This document shows positions 39,822-48,745 of a stretch of 64,000 bases of DNA, in pieces; position 1 is the first letter of the stretch, and every line of letters begins with the position of its first letter. The stretch is from Escherichia coli (lineage in GTDB: Bacteria; Pseudomonadota; Gammaproteobacteria; Enterobacterales; Enterobacteriaceae): NCBI RefSeq assembly GCF_013122565.1, contig NZ_CP053258.1. One strand, written 5' to 3'. The translations under genes and the position numbers were made by a program. The notes below the pieces were generated by a model that was not told the origin of the DNA, searched no databases, and was given only the letters and a program-made list of their open reading frames with translations.

Positions 39822-41068
39822 CAGGAGCGTGCTCCTTTTTTCGCGTATTCGCGGCTGGTGGCTTTCTCTTCCGAAGTGGTGGCGCTCTGGGCTTCCACCA
39901 CTTCCACTTTCGCCCCTTCGGTCAGGCGATCAATGCCGTCTGTCACCACGCGATCGCCCGCAGAAATACCTGCGCGGATCACCACTTTCTGACTGTCCTG
40001 AATGCCCGGCGTCACCAGATGTTTGCTGACCTTGTTTTCGCTATTCAGCACCCAGACAAAATGGCCTTCATTGCCCATTTGCAGGGCGGCTGTTGGGATC
40101 ACCACGGCGTTTTGTTCGGTGTCGACTAACATACGCGCGTTAACAAACTGATTGGGAAACAGCGCATCATCCTGATTATTAAAGCGTGCTTTCACTTTAA
40201 TCGTACCGGTAGTGGCATCGATTTGGTTATCGAGACTTAACAGCGTGCCTTCACTTAATTTCTTCGAGTTGGTGCGATCCCAGGCTTCTACCACCAGCGG
40301 TTTTCCGGTTTTTTGCGCCTGCACAACGGTAGCGATATCGCTTTCCGGCAGGGTAAAGACTAAATCGATAGGATGCGTCTGGGTGATCACCACAATCCCG
40401 GAGGTATCACCACTGGAGATTTGGTTACCAACATCAACCTGCTTGAGACCAACGCGACCATCGACTGGTGCGGTGATGCGGCTCCAGTCGAGTTGCAGCT
40501 GTGCGCTGGCGACGCTTGCTTCATCAGCCTTAATGGTGCCTTCGGTTTCACTGACCAGCGCCTGTTGGGCATCCAGTTCCTGACGAGATACGAGATTGGT
40601 TTTTGCCAGTTGTTGATAACGCGCCAGGTCACGGCGGGCGTTGGCGAGCGTGGCTTTATCTTTTGCCAGTTGGCCCTGGGCTTGTGCTAATGCAACTTTG
40701 AACTGGCTTGGGTCAATTTCTGCCAGTAAATCGCCTGCTTTGACCTGCTGGCCTTCCTGGAAATGTAACGCCATCAGTTGACCGTCCACGCGGCTGCGCA
40801 CCGTAACAGTATTAGCGGCGGTAATGGTGCCAAGCCCGGTGAGGTAACGCGGAACAGCCTGTTCTACTGCGGTCGCCGCCTGAACCGGAGCTAATGGGCC
40901 GGCACGCATACCACGGCGACCACCCGCTGGCGATTGCTGCGCTTGTTTCGTCGCCCCAGGGGCTGCACTCTGGGAGTCATTGCGGCCTTGCCAGAACCAG
41001 AATGCGGCGATGGCGGCGATAACCACCACGATTACGATTACCCAACGGGATTTATAACTGCCTTTCAT
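39821..41068 (-). CDS. mdtA: Membrane fusion (periplasmic adaptor) protein MdtA
   Basis: Start [16 protein letters not shown] gives 415 aa as in K-12; the longer track ORF (to 41215) is an upstream extension. Confidence 0.9.
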   Translation of the reverse strand: MKGSYKSRWVIVIVVVIAAIAAFWFWQGRNDSQSAAPGATKQAQQSPAGGRRGMRAGPLAPVQAATAVEQAVPRYLTGLGTITAANTVTVRSRVDGQLMALHFQEGQQVKAGDLLAEIDPSQFKVALAQAQGQLAKDKATLANARRDLARYQQLAKTNLVSRQELDAQQALVSETEGTIKADEASVASAQLQLDWSRITAPVDGRVGLKQVDVGNQISSGDTSGIVVITQTHPIDLVFTLPESDIATVVQAQKTGKPLVVEAWDRTNSKKLSEGTLLSLDNQIDATTGTIKVKARFNNQDDALFPNQFVNARMLVDTEQNAVVIPTAALQMGNEGHFVWVLNSENKVSKHLVTPGIQDSQKVVIRAGISAGDRVVTDGIDRLTEGAKVEVVEAQSATTSEEKATSREYAKKGARS

Positions 41069-41121
41069 CGTTAAGAGTTTCTCTTCCTGAAACGTTTCGC
41101 GGAATGATACTAGTGTAGCCA

Positions 41122-41139
41122 GCCAATAAGGGAGAAAAA
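41122..41139 (-). promoter_or_regulatory. Candidate BaeR box in the mdtA promoter
   Basis: Minus-strand TTTTTCTCCCTTATTGGC, about 55-70 bp upstream of the mdtA start; matches the BaeR consensus TTTTTCTCCATDATTGGC from memory. Confidence 0.5.
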
Positions 41140-41284
41140 TGGAGGAATTATGAAACACTATCGGGAATCGTCTGAATGGCGGGCACATTTGCGAGCACGC
41201 ATCCAGTAATAACACAGGAAACTATTTTATCTACGCGTTAGCGATAGACTGCTTGCATGGCGAAAGGAGGTAAGCCGACGATTT

Positions 41285-41425
41285 CAGCGGGACGCTGAAA
41301 CGGGAAAGCCCCTATAAGGAAAGGGTCATGATGAAGTGGATCATCATCGTGGTGCTCTTAGTCATAAGCTTCCCGGCTTACTAAGACTACCAGGGCGGGG
41401 GAAACCCCGCTCTACCCTCACTCCT
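41285..41425 (-). ncRNA. Sib antisense RNA (antitoxin) opposite ibs copy 1; ends approximate
   Basis: In K-12 each ibs ORF lies wholly inside a ~140-nt antisense Sib RNA (established knowledge); the extent here is estimated and no promoter or terminator was mapped. Confidence 0.3.
41328..41384 (+). CDS. Ibs-family type I toxin peptide (MMKWIIIVVLLVISFPAY)
   Basis: 18-codon hydrophobic ORF with GGAAAGGG RBS-like sequence upstream; Ibs family signature MMK...ILV...ISFPAY. Confidence 0.75.
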   Translation: MMKWIIIVVLLVISFPAY

Positions 41426-41611
41426 GAAATTATGCCTTCACGATAAGATTGTCAATCCGCAGGCTTTGTAGTCTGCGATCCTGCCAGCAAATATTCTTTG
41501 CGAGTCGTTACGCAATAATCACACTGGAAACTATTTTATCCGCAAGTCAGCGATAGACTGCATACAGGGCGAAAGGAGGTAAGCCGACGATTTCAGCGGG
41601 ACGCTGAAACG

Positions 41612-41752
41612 GGAAAGCCCCTCCCGAGGAAGGGGCCTTAAATAAGGAAAGGGTCATGATGAAGATACTCATCATCGTGGTGCTCTTAGTGATTAGCTAC
41701 CCAGCATACTAAGACTACCAGGGCGGGGGAAACCCCGCTCTACCCTCACTCC
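41612..41752 (-). ncRNA. Sib antisense RNA opposite ibs copy 2; ends approximate
   Basis: As for copy 1. Confidence 0.3.
41656..41712 (+). CDS. Ibs-family type I toxin peptide (MMKILIIVVLLVISYPAY)
   Basis: Second repeat copy, same frame and context as the first. Confidence 0.75.
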   Translation: MMKILIIVVLLVISYPAY

Positions 41753-41941
41753 TGAAATTATGCCTTCACGATAAGATTGTCAATCCGCAGGCTTTGTAGT
41801 CTGCGATCCTGCCAGCAAATATTCTTTGCGAGTCGTTACGCAATAATCACAGAGGAAACTATTTTGTTCACGCGTTAGCGATAGACTGCATTCAGGGCGA
41901 AAGGAGGTAAGCCGACGATTTCAGCGGGATGCTGAAACGGG

Positions 41942-42085
41942 AAACCCTCTCCCGGAGAAGAGGGCTTTTAATAAGGAAAGGGTTATGATGAAGCACGTCA
42001 TCATACTGGTGATACTCTTAGTGATTAGCTTCCAGGCTTACTAAGAACACCAGGGGGAGGGGGAAACCTCTCCCTAACCCTCACT
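41942..42085 (-). ncRNA. Sib antisense RNA opposite ibs copy 3; ends approximate
   Basis: As for copy 1. Confidence 0.3.
41985..42044 (+). CDS. Ibs-family type I toxin peptide (MMKHVIILVILLVISFQAY)
   Basis: Third repeat copy; 19 codons; closest of the three to K-12 IbsA from memory. Confidence 0.75.
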   Translation: MMKHVIILVILLVISFQAY

Positions 42086-42264
42086 CCTGAAATTATGTCA
42101 CTCCGCCCTTAGTGTCAATCGACGGCTCTCCGTTCTTGCGAGGCGAATAGCAAAATTTTCTGCGCCGCCGGGCCTAATTCTGAAAGTTTCTTCGTTTGCT
42201 CTTATTTCATTATTGCAATCGGTATGATACCGGACCTCGATAATTCTCTAAGAAAGGATTTCTT

Positions 42265-42924
42265 ATGAGCGAACAAATCACGTTTGCCACCAGCGATTTT
42301 GCCAGTAACCCGGAACCACGTTGCCCCTGCATTTTGCTGCTGGATGTTTCTGGTTCGATGAACGGTAGACCCATTAATGAACTTAACGCCGGATTGGTTA
42401 CCTTTCGCGATGAGCTGCTTGCCGATTCGCTGGCCTTAAAAAGAGTGGAACTCGGTATTGTGACGTTCGGCCCGGTGCATGTGGAACAACCATTTACCAG
42501 CGCCGCTAATTTTTTCCCGCCCATCCTGTTTGCCCAGGGCGATACACCAATGGGGGCCGCCATTACCAAAGTCCTGGATATGGTTGAGGAGCGCAAACGT
42601 GAGTATCGTGCAAATGGTATTTCGTATTATCGCCCGTGGATTTTCCTGATCACCGATGGCGCTCCAACCGATGAGTGGCAGGCTGCCGCCAACAAAGTGT
42701 TTCAGGGGGAAGAAGATAAGAAGTTTGCCTTCTTTACCATCGGTGTGCAGGGGGCGGATATGAAGACGCTGGCACAAATCAGCGTTCGTCAGCCTTTGCC
42801 ACTGCAGGGATTACAATTCCGTGAACTGTTTAGCTGGTTATCCAGTTCACTGCGTTCGGTTTCCCGCTCCACGCCGGGAACGGAAGTTGTGCTGGAAGCA
42901 CCAAAAGGCTGGACGTCAGTGTGA
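42265..42924 (+). CDS. yegL: von Willebrand factor A domain protein YegL
   Basis: 219 aa; MIDAS-like DxSxS motif (LLLDVSGSM); same length as K-12 YegL. Confidence 0.9.
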   Translation: MSEQITFATSDFASNPEPRCPCILLLDVSGSMNGRPINELNAGLVTFRDELLADSLALKRVELGIVTFGPVHVEQPFTSAANFFPPILFAQGDTPMGAAITKVLDMVEERKREYRANGISYYRPWIFLITDGAPTDEWQAAANKVFQGEEDKKFAFFTIGVQGADMKTLAQISVRQPLPLQGLQFRELFSWLSSSLRSVSRSTPGTEVVLEAPKGWTSV

Positions 42925-43682
42925 GCTGGCGTCTGGTCTATGCATCAACCGTTGGAACGTCGCACATCAGCGCGGACTTGCCTTGCCAGGATGCCTGCCA
43001 GATGCAGGTTGCCTGGTTAAATGACCAGCAGCCATTATTGTCGGTATTTGTCGCTGATGGCGCAGGCAGTGTCTCGCAGGGTGGCGAAGGCGCGATGCTT
43101 GCCATCAATGAAGCGATGGCTTATGTGTCGCAAAAAGTGCAGCACGGTGAATTTGGACTCAATGATATCCTCGCCACGGATATTGTGCTGACCGTTCGTC
43201 AGCGACTTTTTGCCGAGGCGGAAGCCAAAGAATTAGCAGTTCGCGATTTTGCCTGCACGTTTCTGGGATTGATTTCATCGGCTAACGGCACCTTGATTAT
43301 GCAGATTGGCGATGGCGGCGTGGTGGTGGATTTTGGTCACGGTCTGCAATTACCGCTTACGCCGATGGTGGGTGAATATGCCAATATGACGCATTTCATT
43401 ACCGATGAAGATGCCGTTTCCAGACTGGAAACTTTCACCATCACTGAGCGTGTGCATAAAGTTGCAGCATTTACGGACGGTATCCAGCGACTGGCGTTAA
43501 ATATGTTGGATAATTCTCCGCATGTGCCTTTCTTTACCCCGTTTTTCAATGGACTGGCGTCAGCAACGCAGGAACAACTCGATTTATTACCTGAATTGTT
43601 AAAGCAGTTTTTGTCCAGCCCGGCGGTAAACGAGCGTACGGATGATGATAAAACGTTGGCACTGGCGCTGTGGGCAGAGTGA
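42921..43682 (+). CDS. pphC: PP2C-family Ser/Thr protein phosphatase PphC (YegK)
   Basis: 253 aa, start overlaps the yegL stop; matches K-12 PphC length and position. Confidence 0.85.
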   Translation: MSWRLVYASTVGTSHISADLPCQDACQMQVAWLNDQQPLLSVFVADGAGSVSQGGEGAMLAINEAMAYVSQKVQHGEFGLNDILATDIVLTVRQRLFAEAEAKELAVRDFACTFLGLISSANGTLIMQIGDGGVVVDFGHGLQLPLTPMVGEYANMTHFITDEDAVSRLETFTITERVHKVAAFTDGIQRLALNMLDNSPHVPFFTPFFNGLASATQEQLDLLPELLKQFLSSPAVNERTDDDKTLALALWAE

Positions 43683-43746
43683 GTTTCTCATGGCGGTTGA
43701 AGACAACAATTCAACCGCCAGTTTAAGCAATCAATATAACGGCTGA

Positions 43747-44208
43747 TTAGCGAACTAATTTTGCTCTTAGCTCGTCGGCTTCTTCTTTTGGATAGGTGAC
43801 CAATAAAGGATCAATGGTATAACCGCCGTAAATTTTATCCCCGCGCGTATACATCCAGTCTGAAATATCTTCTTTCTTGATTTTCCACTCCTGGCCATAT
43901 TCTACGTTTGTAACAATACCAGGGTCATTGCTGATTACGCCAATAAACATGCCGTTAGAATAAGTGACATCCGTAAGCCAGAAATGCTCGGTTCTTCCGT
44001 GATCGGTTATCGGGGCTTTGACTGCGAAAGTATCGGCATCTTTTTTATTCATAACCTCGATGAATTTATCGGTTTCTTTCCGCGCATGTTTAATCGCGTC
44101 AGACATCGCTTGTTTATCATAACCTCCTGTCACTAACGTATCCGAAACTTCACAATAGCCTGCGGTAGTAAAACATAGCAGGCTCAACATGAGTAATATC
44201 TTTTTCAT
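43747..44208 (-). CDS. yegJ: Secreted DUF2314-type protein YegJ
   Basis: 153 aa with N-terminal signal peptide (MKKILLMLSLLCFTTAGYC); same length as K-12 YegJ. Confidence 0.85.
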   Translation of the reverse strand: MKKILLMLSLLCFTTAGYCEVSDTLVTGGYDKQAMSDAIKHARKETDKFIEVMNKKDADTFAVKAPITDHGRTEHFWLTDVTYSNGMFIGVISNDPGIVTNVEYGQEWKIKKEDISDWMYTRGDKIYGGYTIDPLLVTYPKEEADELRAKLVR

Positions 44209-44405
44209 TTTTTCTCCAGAATCTCTGTGTAGTAAAAGTTAGCAAAACCTGTGGAAGTTAATCATTATCAGGTTGGAATTGAATTGTATCCTGATGAAAT
44301 TACATTATCATTTTTATTCTTGAGTGGGCTCTTCCCATATAGAAATAATTATAATGGGCAGTGTTATTATTCATTGAAATATAATATTACTGCCCTTGAA
44401 ACATT

Positions 44406-46352
44406 ATGAAGACAAATATAAAAGTATTTACATCAACAGGTGAAATGACCACTCTCGGTCTTGAACTGGGCAAAGGTGGCGAAGGTGCGGTTTATGATAT
44501 CGAGGAGTTTGTCGATAGCGTCGCTAAGATTTATCACACGCCGCCACCCGCCTTAAAACAGGACAAACTTGCCTTTATGGCTGCGACAGCTGACGCGCAG
44601 TTGTTGAATTATGTCGCCTGGCCGCAGGCAACGCTTCACGGTGGACGAGGCGGAAAAGTTATCGGTTTTATGATGCCAAAAGTTTCTGGTAAAGAACCGA
44701 TTCATATGATCTATAGCCCGGCACATCGTCGCCAGAGTTACCCTCATTGTGCGTGGGATTTTCTACTCTATGTTGCGCGCAATATTGCTTCATCTTTTGC
44801 TACGATTCACGAGCACGGGCACGTCGTGGGTGACGTAAACCAGAACAGCTTTATGGTAGGTCGCGACAGCAAAGTGGTGTTGATTGATAGCGACTCCTTT
44901 CAGATTAATGCCAATGGCACGCTGCATTTATGCGAAGTCGGCGTGTCGCATTTTACGCCGCCAGAGCTACAAACCTTGCCATCATTTGTCGGCTTTGAAC
45001 GCACCGCGAATCACGATAATTTTGGCCTTGCGTTGCTGATTTTTCACGTCTTGTTTGGTGGGCGGCATCCTTATTCTGGTGTGCCGCTTATCTCTGATGC
45101 GGGGAATGCGCTGGAGACGGATATTGCCCATTTCCGTTATGCCTACGCGTCAGATAATCAGCGACGTGGTTTAAAACCGCCGCCACGATCGATTCCGCTG
45201 TCGATGTTACCGGGCGATGTTGAAGCCATGTTTCAGCAGGCATTCACGGAAAGTGGCGTGGCAACCGCGCGTCCGACGGCAAAAGCGTGGGTAGCGGCAC
45301 TTGATTTACTACGCCAACAGTTAAAGAAATGTACCGTTTCGGCAATGCATGTTTACCCCGGTCATTTGACTGACTGCCCGTGGTGTGCGCTGGATAATCA
45401 AGGCGTTATCTATTTTATTGATCTCGGCGAAGAGGTCATTACCACCAGTGGTGATTTTGTGCTGGCGAAAGTCTGGGCGATGGTGATGGCGTCAGTAGCA
45501 CCGCCAGCATTGCAATTGCCATTACCCGATCATTTCCAACCGACTGGCCGGCCGCTTCCTTTAGGCCTGTTACGGCGCGAATACATCATTCTGATTGAGA
45601 TCGCACTGTCAGTGTTATCGCTGTTGCTTTGCGGCCTTCAGGCAGAACCGCGTTATATTATTTTGGTTCCTGTGCTGGCGGCTATCTGGATTATTGGCAG
45701 CCTGACAAGCAAAGCGTACAAAGCAGAAGTCCAGCGACGAAGAGAGGCTTTTAATCGCGCGAAAATGGACTATGATCATTTAGTCAGCCAGATCCAACAA
45801 TTGGGCGGGCTGGAAGGTTTTATCGCCAAACGGGCGATGCTCGAAAAAATGAAGGACGAAATTCTCGGGTTACCGGAAGAAGAGAAACGCGCTCTGGCAG
45901 CACTTCATGACACTGCAAGGGAACGGCAGAAGCAGAAGTTTCTGGAGGGATTTTTTATTGATGTTGCCTCTATTCCCGGCGTTGGCCCTGCGCGTAAAGC
46001 GGCGTTACGGTCCTTTGGTATTGAAACAGCAGCGGATGTTACCCGTCGTGTCGTTAAGCAAGTGAAAGGGTTTGGTGATCATCTGACCCAGGCAGTTATC
46101 GACTGGAAAGCAAGTTGCGAACGCCGTTTTGTGTTCAGGCCGAATGAAGTGGTAACGCCAGCAGACAGACAAGCGGTAATGGCGAAAATGACCGCCAAAC
46201 GACATCGGCTGGAATCGGCGTTGACTGTCGGCGCGACAGAGTTGCAGCGATTCCGCCTTCATGCTCCAGCACGGACCATGCCGTTGATGGAACCTTTACG
46301 TCAGGCGGCAGAAAAACTGGCTCAGGCGCAGGCAGATTTAAGCCGCTGCTGA
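44406..46352 (+). CDS. yegI: Atypical Ser/Thr protein kinase YegI with C-terminal membrane and coiled-coil region
   Basis: 648 aa; kinase-like fold features (HGHVVGDVNQNSFMV; DSDSF); same length as K-12 YegI. Confidence 0.9.
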   Translation: MKTNIKVFTSTGEMTTLGLELGKGGEGAVYDIEEFVDSVAKIYHTPPPALKQDKLAFMAATADAQLLNYVAWPQATLHGGRGGKVIGFMMPKVSGKEPIHMIYSPAHRRQSYPHCAWDFLLYVARNIASSFATIHEHGHVVGDVNQNSFMVGRDSKVVLIDSDSFQINANGTLHLCEVGVSHFTPPELQTLPSFVGFERTANHDNFGLALLIFHVLFGGRHPYSGVPLISDAGNALETDIAHFRYAYASDNQRRGLKPPPRSIPLSMLPGDVEAMFQQAFTESGVATARPTAKAWVAALDLLRQQLKKCTVSAMHVYPGHLTDCPWCALDNQGVIYFIDLGEEVITTSGDFVLAKVWAMVMASVAPPALQLPLPDHFQPTGRPLPLGLLRREYIILIEIALSVLSLLLCGLQAEPRYIILVPVLAAIWIIGSLTSKAYKAEVQRRREAFNRAKMDYDHLVSQIQQLGGLEGFIAKRAMLEKMKDEILGLPEEEKRALAALHDTARERQKQKFLEGFFIDVASIPGVGPARKAALRSFGIETAADVTRRVVKQVKGFGDHLTQAVIDWKASCERRFVFRPNEVVTPADRQAVMAKMTAKRHRLESALTVGATELQRFRLHAPARTMPLMEPLRQAAEKLAQAQADLSRC

Positions 46353-46364
46353 GCCATTTTTCAA

Positions 46365-47717
46365 TTAACGAAACACCACTTCCGCCCAGCGTGCCAGCCC
46401 GGCGGTGACGGAGCCAAAGTCATCGCCGCCTGCAATCGGAATGCCCGGCAACTGTTCTGCCAGCGCTTTTTTAATCAGCGGAGAACGGGCGCTACCGCCG
46501 GTCAGGTATATAACGTCCGGTTTTTCCTGGGCGTTATCCAGGGCCAGTTGCACCTGTTCCAGAATCCGCGCCAGTGGCTGGCTGAGGGCGCTTTCCAGCC
46601 CTTGCTGGCTAATCAGCGTAGCCAGTTCATCGCTAATAAACGGCAGTGAGGCGCGGGTTTCCGCAGTGCTGGAAAGAGCAATTTTGCTCTCTTCTGCGCT
46701 ACGCACCAGGCGATAGCTTAAACGCTGACGCCAGACTTTCTGTAGCAGGGCCACTTTTTCCGGTTCGCGGGCATCGCGTACCAGATCGTTAAGCAGACGA
46801 CCGTTGGCACTACTGTAGAAATCACTCTGCGCAGGAACGTCGTTGATGGCAACCGCATTCCACCACGGCAGAATCGGCAGGGCGATGCCTTTTTCGGTTT
46901 CGCCACCCATGCCCAGTAACGGCATCAGGTTTTTAAACGCCAGCGCGATATCCAGATCGTTACCGCCAATACGGCAACCACTGTGACCGAGCAGGCTGGC
47001 TTCACGATCGAGACGCGAACGCCACTGCGGCCCCATCAGCAGCAATGAACAGTCAGTCGTACCACCGCCGATATCCACCACCAGCACCCGTTTTTCTTCC
47101 TGCAAGGTGGCCTCGTAATCCAGCCCAGCTGCTACCGGCTCGTACTGGAATACCACATCCTTAAACCCGGCACGCTTTGCCGCGCGTTCCAGAATTCCTT
47201 GCGCCTGAGCGTTTGCTTCATCACCCCCCAGCCCCTGGAAGTTGATCGGGCGACCAATCACCGCCTGAGTAATCGCTTCTGGCAGCTGCGCCTGCGCCTG
47301 CTGGCGAATGTGCAACATCATTGCGCAGACCAGATCCTCAAACAGCGCTACCTGCTGCGGTTTTAAGCCGCTGGCACCGAGGAACGATTTTGGTGATTTC
47401 ACAAACCACACTTCTTCTGGATCATCAATGTACTGTGCCAGTGAGGAAAGACCGAACTGCACGCTTTTCGCCGTAACATCGATATCTTCTTCGCGGTTAT
47501 AACGAATCGCCCGACGTAACAGCGCCTGCGTTTCATCGTCGTCTGCCGGAACATCATGATGGCGGTACAGCCATTCGCTTACCGCTTCACGCGTTGGCGC
47601 GCAAAGCATTGAAGGCAGCAGCGTGCTGTCGTTTTCCATTTTTAGCAAGTGCGGTTTACCGTCACGCATGACCGCCACTGAACAGTTTGCTGTACCGTAA
47701 TCAAAACCAATAAACAC
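46365..47717 (-). CDS. yegD: Hsp70/actin-fold ATPase YegD
   Basis: DnaK-like motifs (IGFDYGTANCSVAV; VVDIGGGTTDCSLL); GTG start giving 450 aa as annotated in K-12; the ATG-initiated track ORF extends to 47780 (471 aa). Confidence 0.85.
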   Translation of the reverse strand: MFIGFDYGTANCSVAVMRDGKPHLLKMENDSTLLPSMLCAPTREAVSEWLYRHHDVPADDDETQALLRRAIRYNREEDIDVTAKSVQFGLSSLAQYIDDPEEVWFVKSPKSFLGASGLKPQQVALFEDLVCAMMLHIRQQAQAQLPEAITQAVIGRPINFQGLGGDEANAQAQGILERAAKRAGFKDVVFQYEPVAAGLDYEATLQEEKRVLVVDIGGGTTDCSLLLMGPQWRSRLDREASLLGHSGCRIGGNDLDIALAFKNLMPLLGMGGETEKGIALPILPWWNAVAINDVPAQSDFYSSANGRLLNDLVRDAREPEKVALLQKVWRQRLSYRLVRSAEESKIALSSTAETRASLPFISDELATLISQQGLESALSQPLARILEQVQLALDNAQEKPDVIYLTGGSARSPLIKKALAEQLPGIPIAGGDDFGSVTAGLARWAEVVFR

Positions 47718-47850
47718 GAAATAATCCCCATGCCGGTGAAGAAGGGGCGTGACTTTAGCGAAATGTTGCCGTCGCGACAACCGGAATATGAAAGCAAAGC
47801 GTAGCGTCTGAATAACGTTTATGCTGAAAGCGGATTAACGAGGAGATGCG

Positions 47851-48708
47851 ATGTATACCCTGAACTGGCAGCCGCCGTATGACTGGTCGTGGATGTTGGG
47901 ATTTCTCGCCGCCCGTGCGGTGAACGGTGTGGAAACGGTCGCTGACGATTATTATGCCCGTAGTCTGACGGTGGGCGAATATCGCGGCGTGGTGACTGCT
48001 ATTCCGGATATAGCCCGCCATACTCTGCACATAAATTTAAGTGCAGGTTTAGAACCCGTTGCCGCAGAGTGTCTGGCGAAAATGAGCCGCCTGTTTGATC
48101 TGCAATGTGACCCGCAGATTGTTAACGGTGCGTTGGGAAAGTTAGGCGCGGGGCGGCCCGGATTGCGTTTACCCGGCAGTGTTGATGCTTTTGAGCAGGG
48201 CGTGCGGGCGATTTTAGGCCAACTGGTGAGCGTGGCGATGGCGGCAAAATTGACCGCCAAAGTGGTACAGCTTTATGGCGAAAGGCTGGATGATTTTCCG
48301 GATTATGTCTGCTTCCCGACGCCTCATCGGCTGGCTGCAGCCGACCCGCAGGCATTAAAAGCGTTAGGTATGCCGTTGAAACGGGCAGAGGCGCTGATTC
48401 ATCTGGCAAATGCGGCGCTGGAGGGCACCTTACCAATGACAATACCGGGCGACGTAGAACAAGCGATGAAAACGCTGCAAACTTTTCCGGGTATCGGGCG
48501 CTGGACGGCGAATTATTTTGCTTTGCGTGGCTGGCAGGCGAAAGATGTTTTCCTGCCGGATGATTATCTGATTAAACAGCGATTTCCGGGTATGACACCG
48601 GCACAAATCCGCCGTTATGCCGAACGCTGGAAGCCCTGGCGTTCTTATGCGCTGTTGCATATCTGGTATACGGAAGGCTGGCAACCAGACGGAACGGACA
48701 AATTGTAG
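47851..48708 (+). CDS. alkA: 3-methyladenine DNA glycosylase II
   Basis: 285-aa ORF beginning MYTLNWQPPYDWSWMLGFLAARAV, recognised as AlkA; helix-hairpin-helix motif (FPGIGRWTANYF). Confidence 0.9.
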   Translation: MYTLNWQPPYDWSWMLGFLAARAVNGVETVADDYYARSLTVGEYRGVVTAIPDIARHTLHINLSAGLEPVAAECLAKMSRLFDLQCDPQIVNGALGKLGAGRPGLRLPGSVDAFEQGVRAILGQLVSVAMAAKLTAKVVQLYGERLDDFPDYVCFPTPHRLAAADPQALKALGMPLKRAEALIHLANAALEGTLPMTIPGDVEQAMKTLQTFPGIGRWTANYFALRGWQAKDVFLPDDYLIKQRFPGMTPAQIRRYAERWKPWRSYALLHIWYTEGWQPDGTDKL

Positions 48709-48729
48709 GCCTGATACGTCGTATCAGGC
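48709..48729. terminator. Shared hairpin between convergent alkA and dgcE (candidate bidirectional terminator or REP-like element)
   Basis: GCCTGATACG / CGTATCAGGC perfect inverted repeat starting immediately after the alkA stop; no clear U-tract on either strand. Confidence 0.4.
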
Positions 48730-48745
48730 GATGGAGAAGCACGCC

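Larger units (their letters stand above)
41207..42130. repeat. Three tandem ~310-330 bp repeat units, each carrying one ibs/sib type I toxin-antitoxin module
   Basis: Unit starts (GGAAACTATTTT...) at 41217, 41526 and 41854; units are near-identical in their flanks and diverge mainly in the ibs codons and one hairpin. Confidence 0.85.

Noticed and set aside
39821-41215. Longer 464-aa version of mdtA
   Set aside because: The extension has no signal peptide and would run through the candidate BaeR box; the internal start gives the 415-aa K-12 length with an N-terminal membrane anchor.
41207-42130. Possibility that the three direct repeats are a CRISPR array or an IS remnant
   Set aside because: Units are ~310-330 bp each with no short spacers, each encodes an Ibs-type peptide, and there are no terminal inverted repeats or transposase; these are ibs/sib toxin-antitoxin units.
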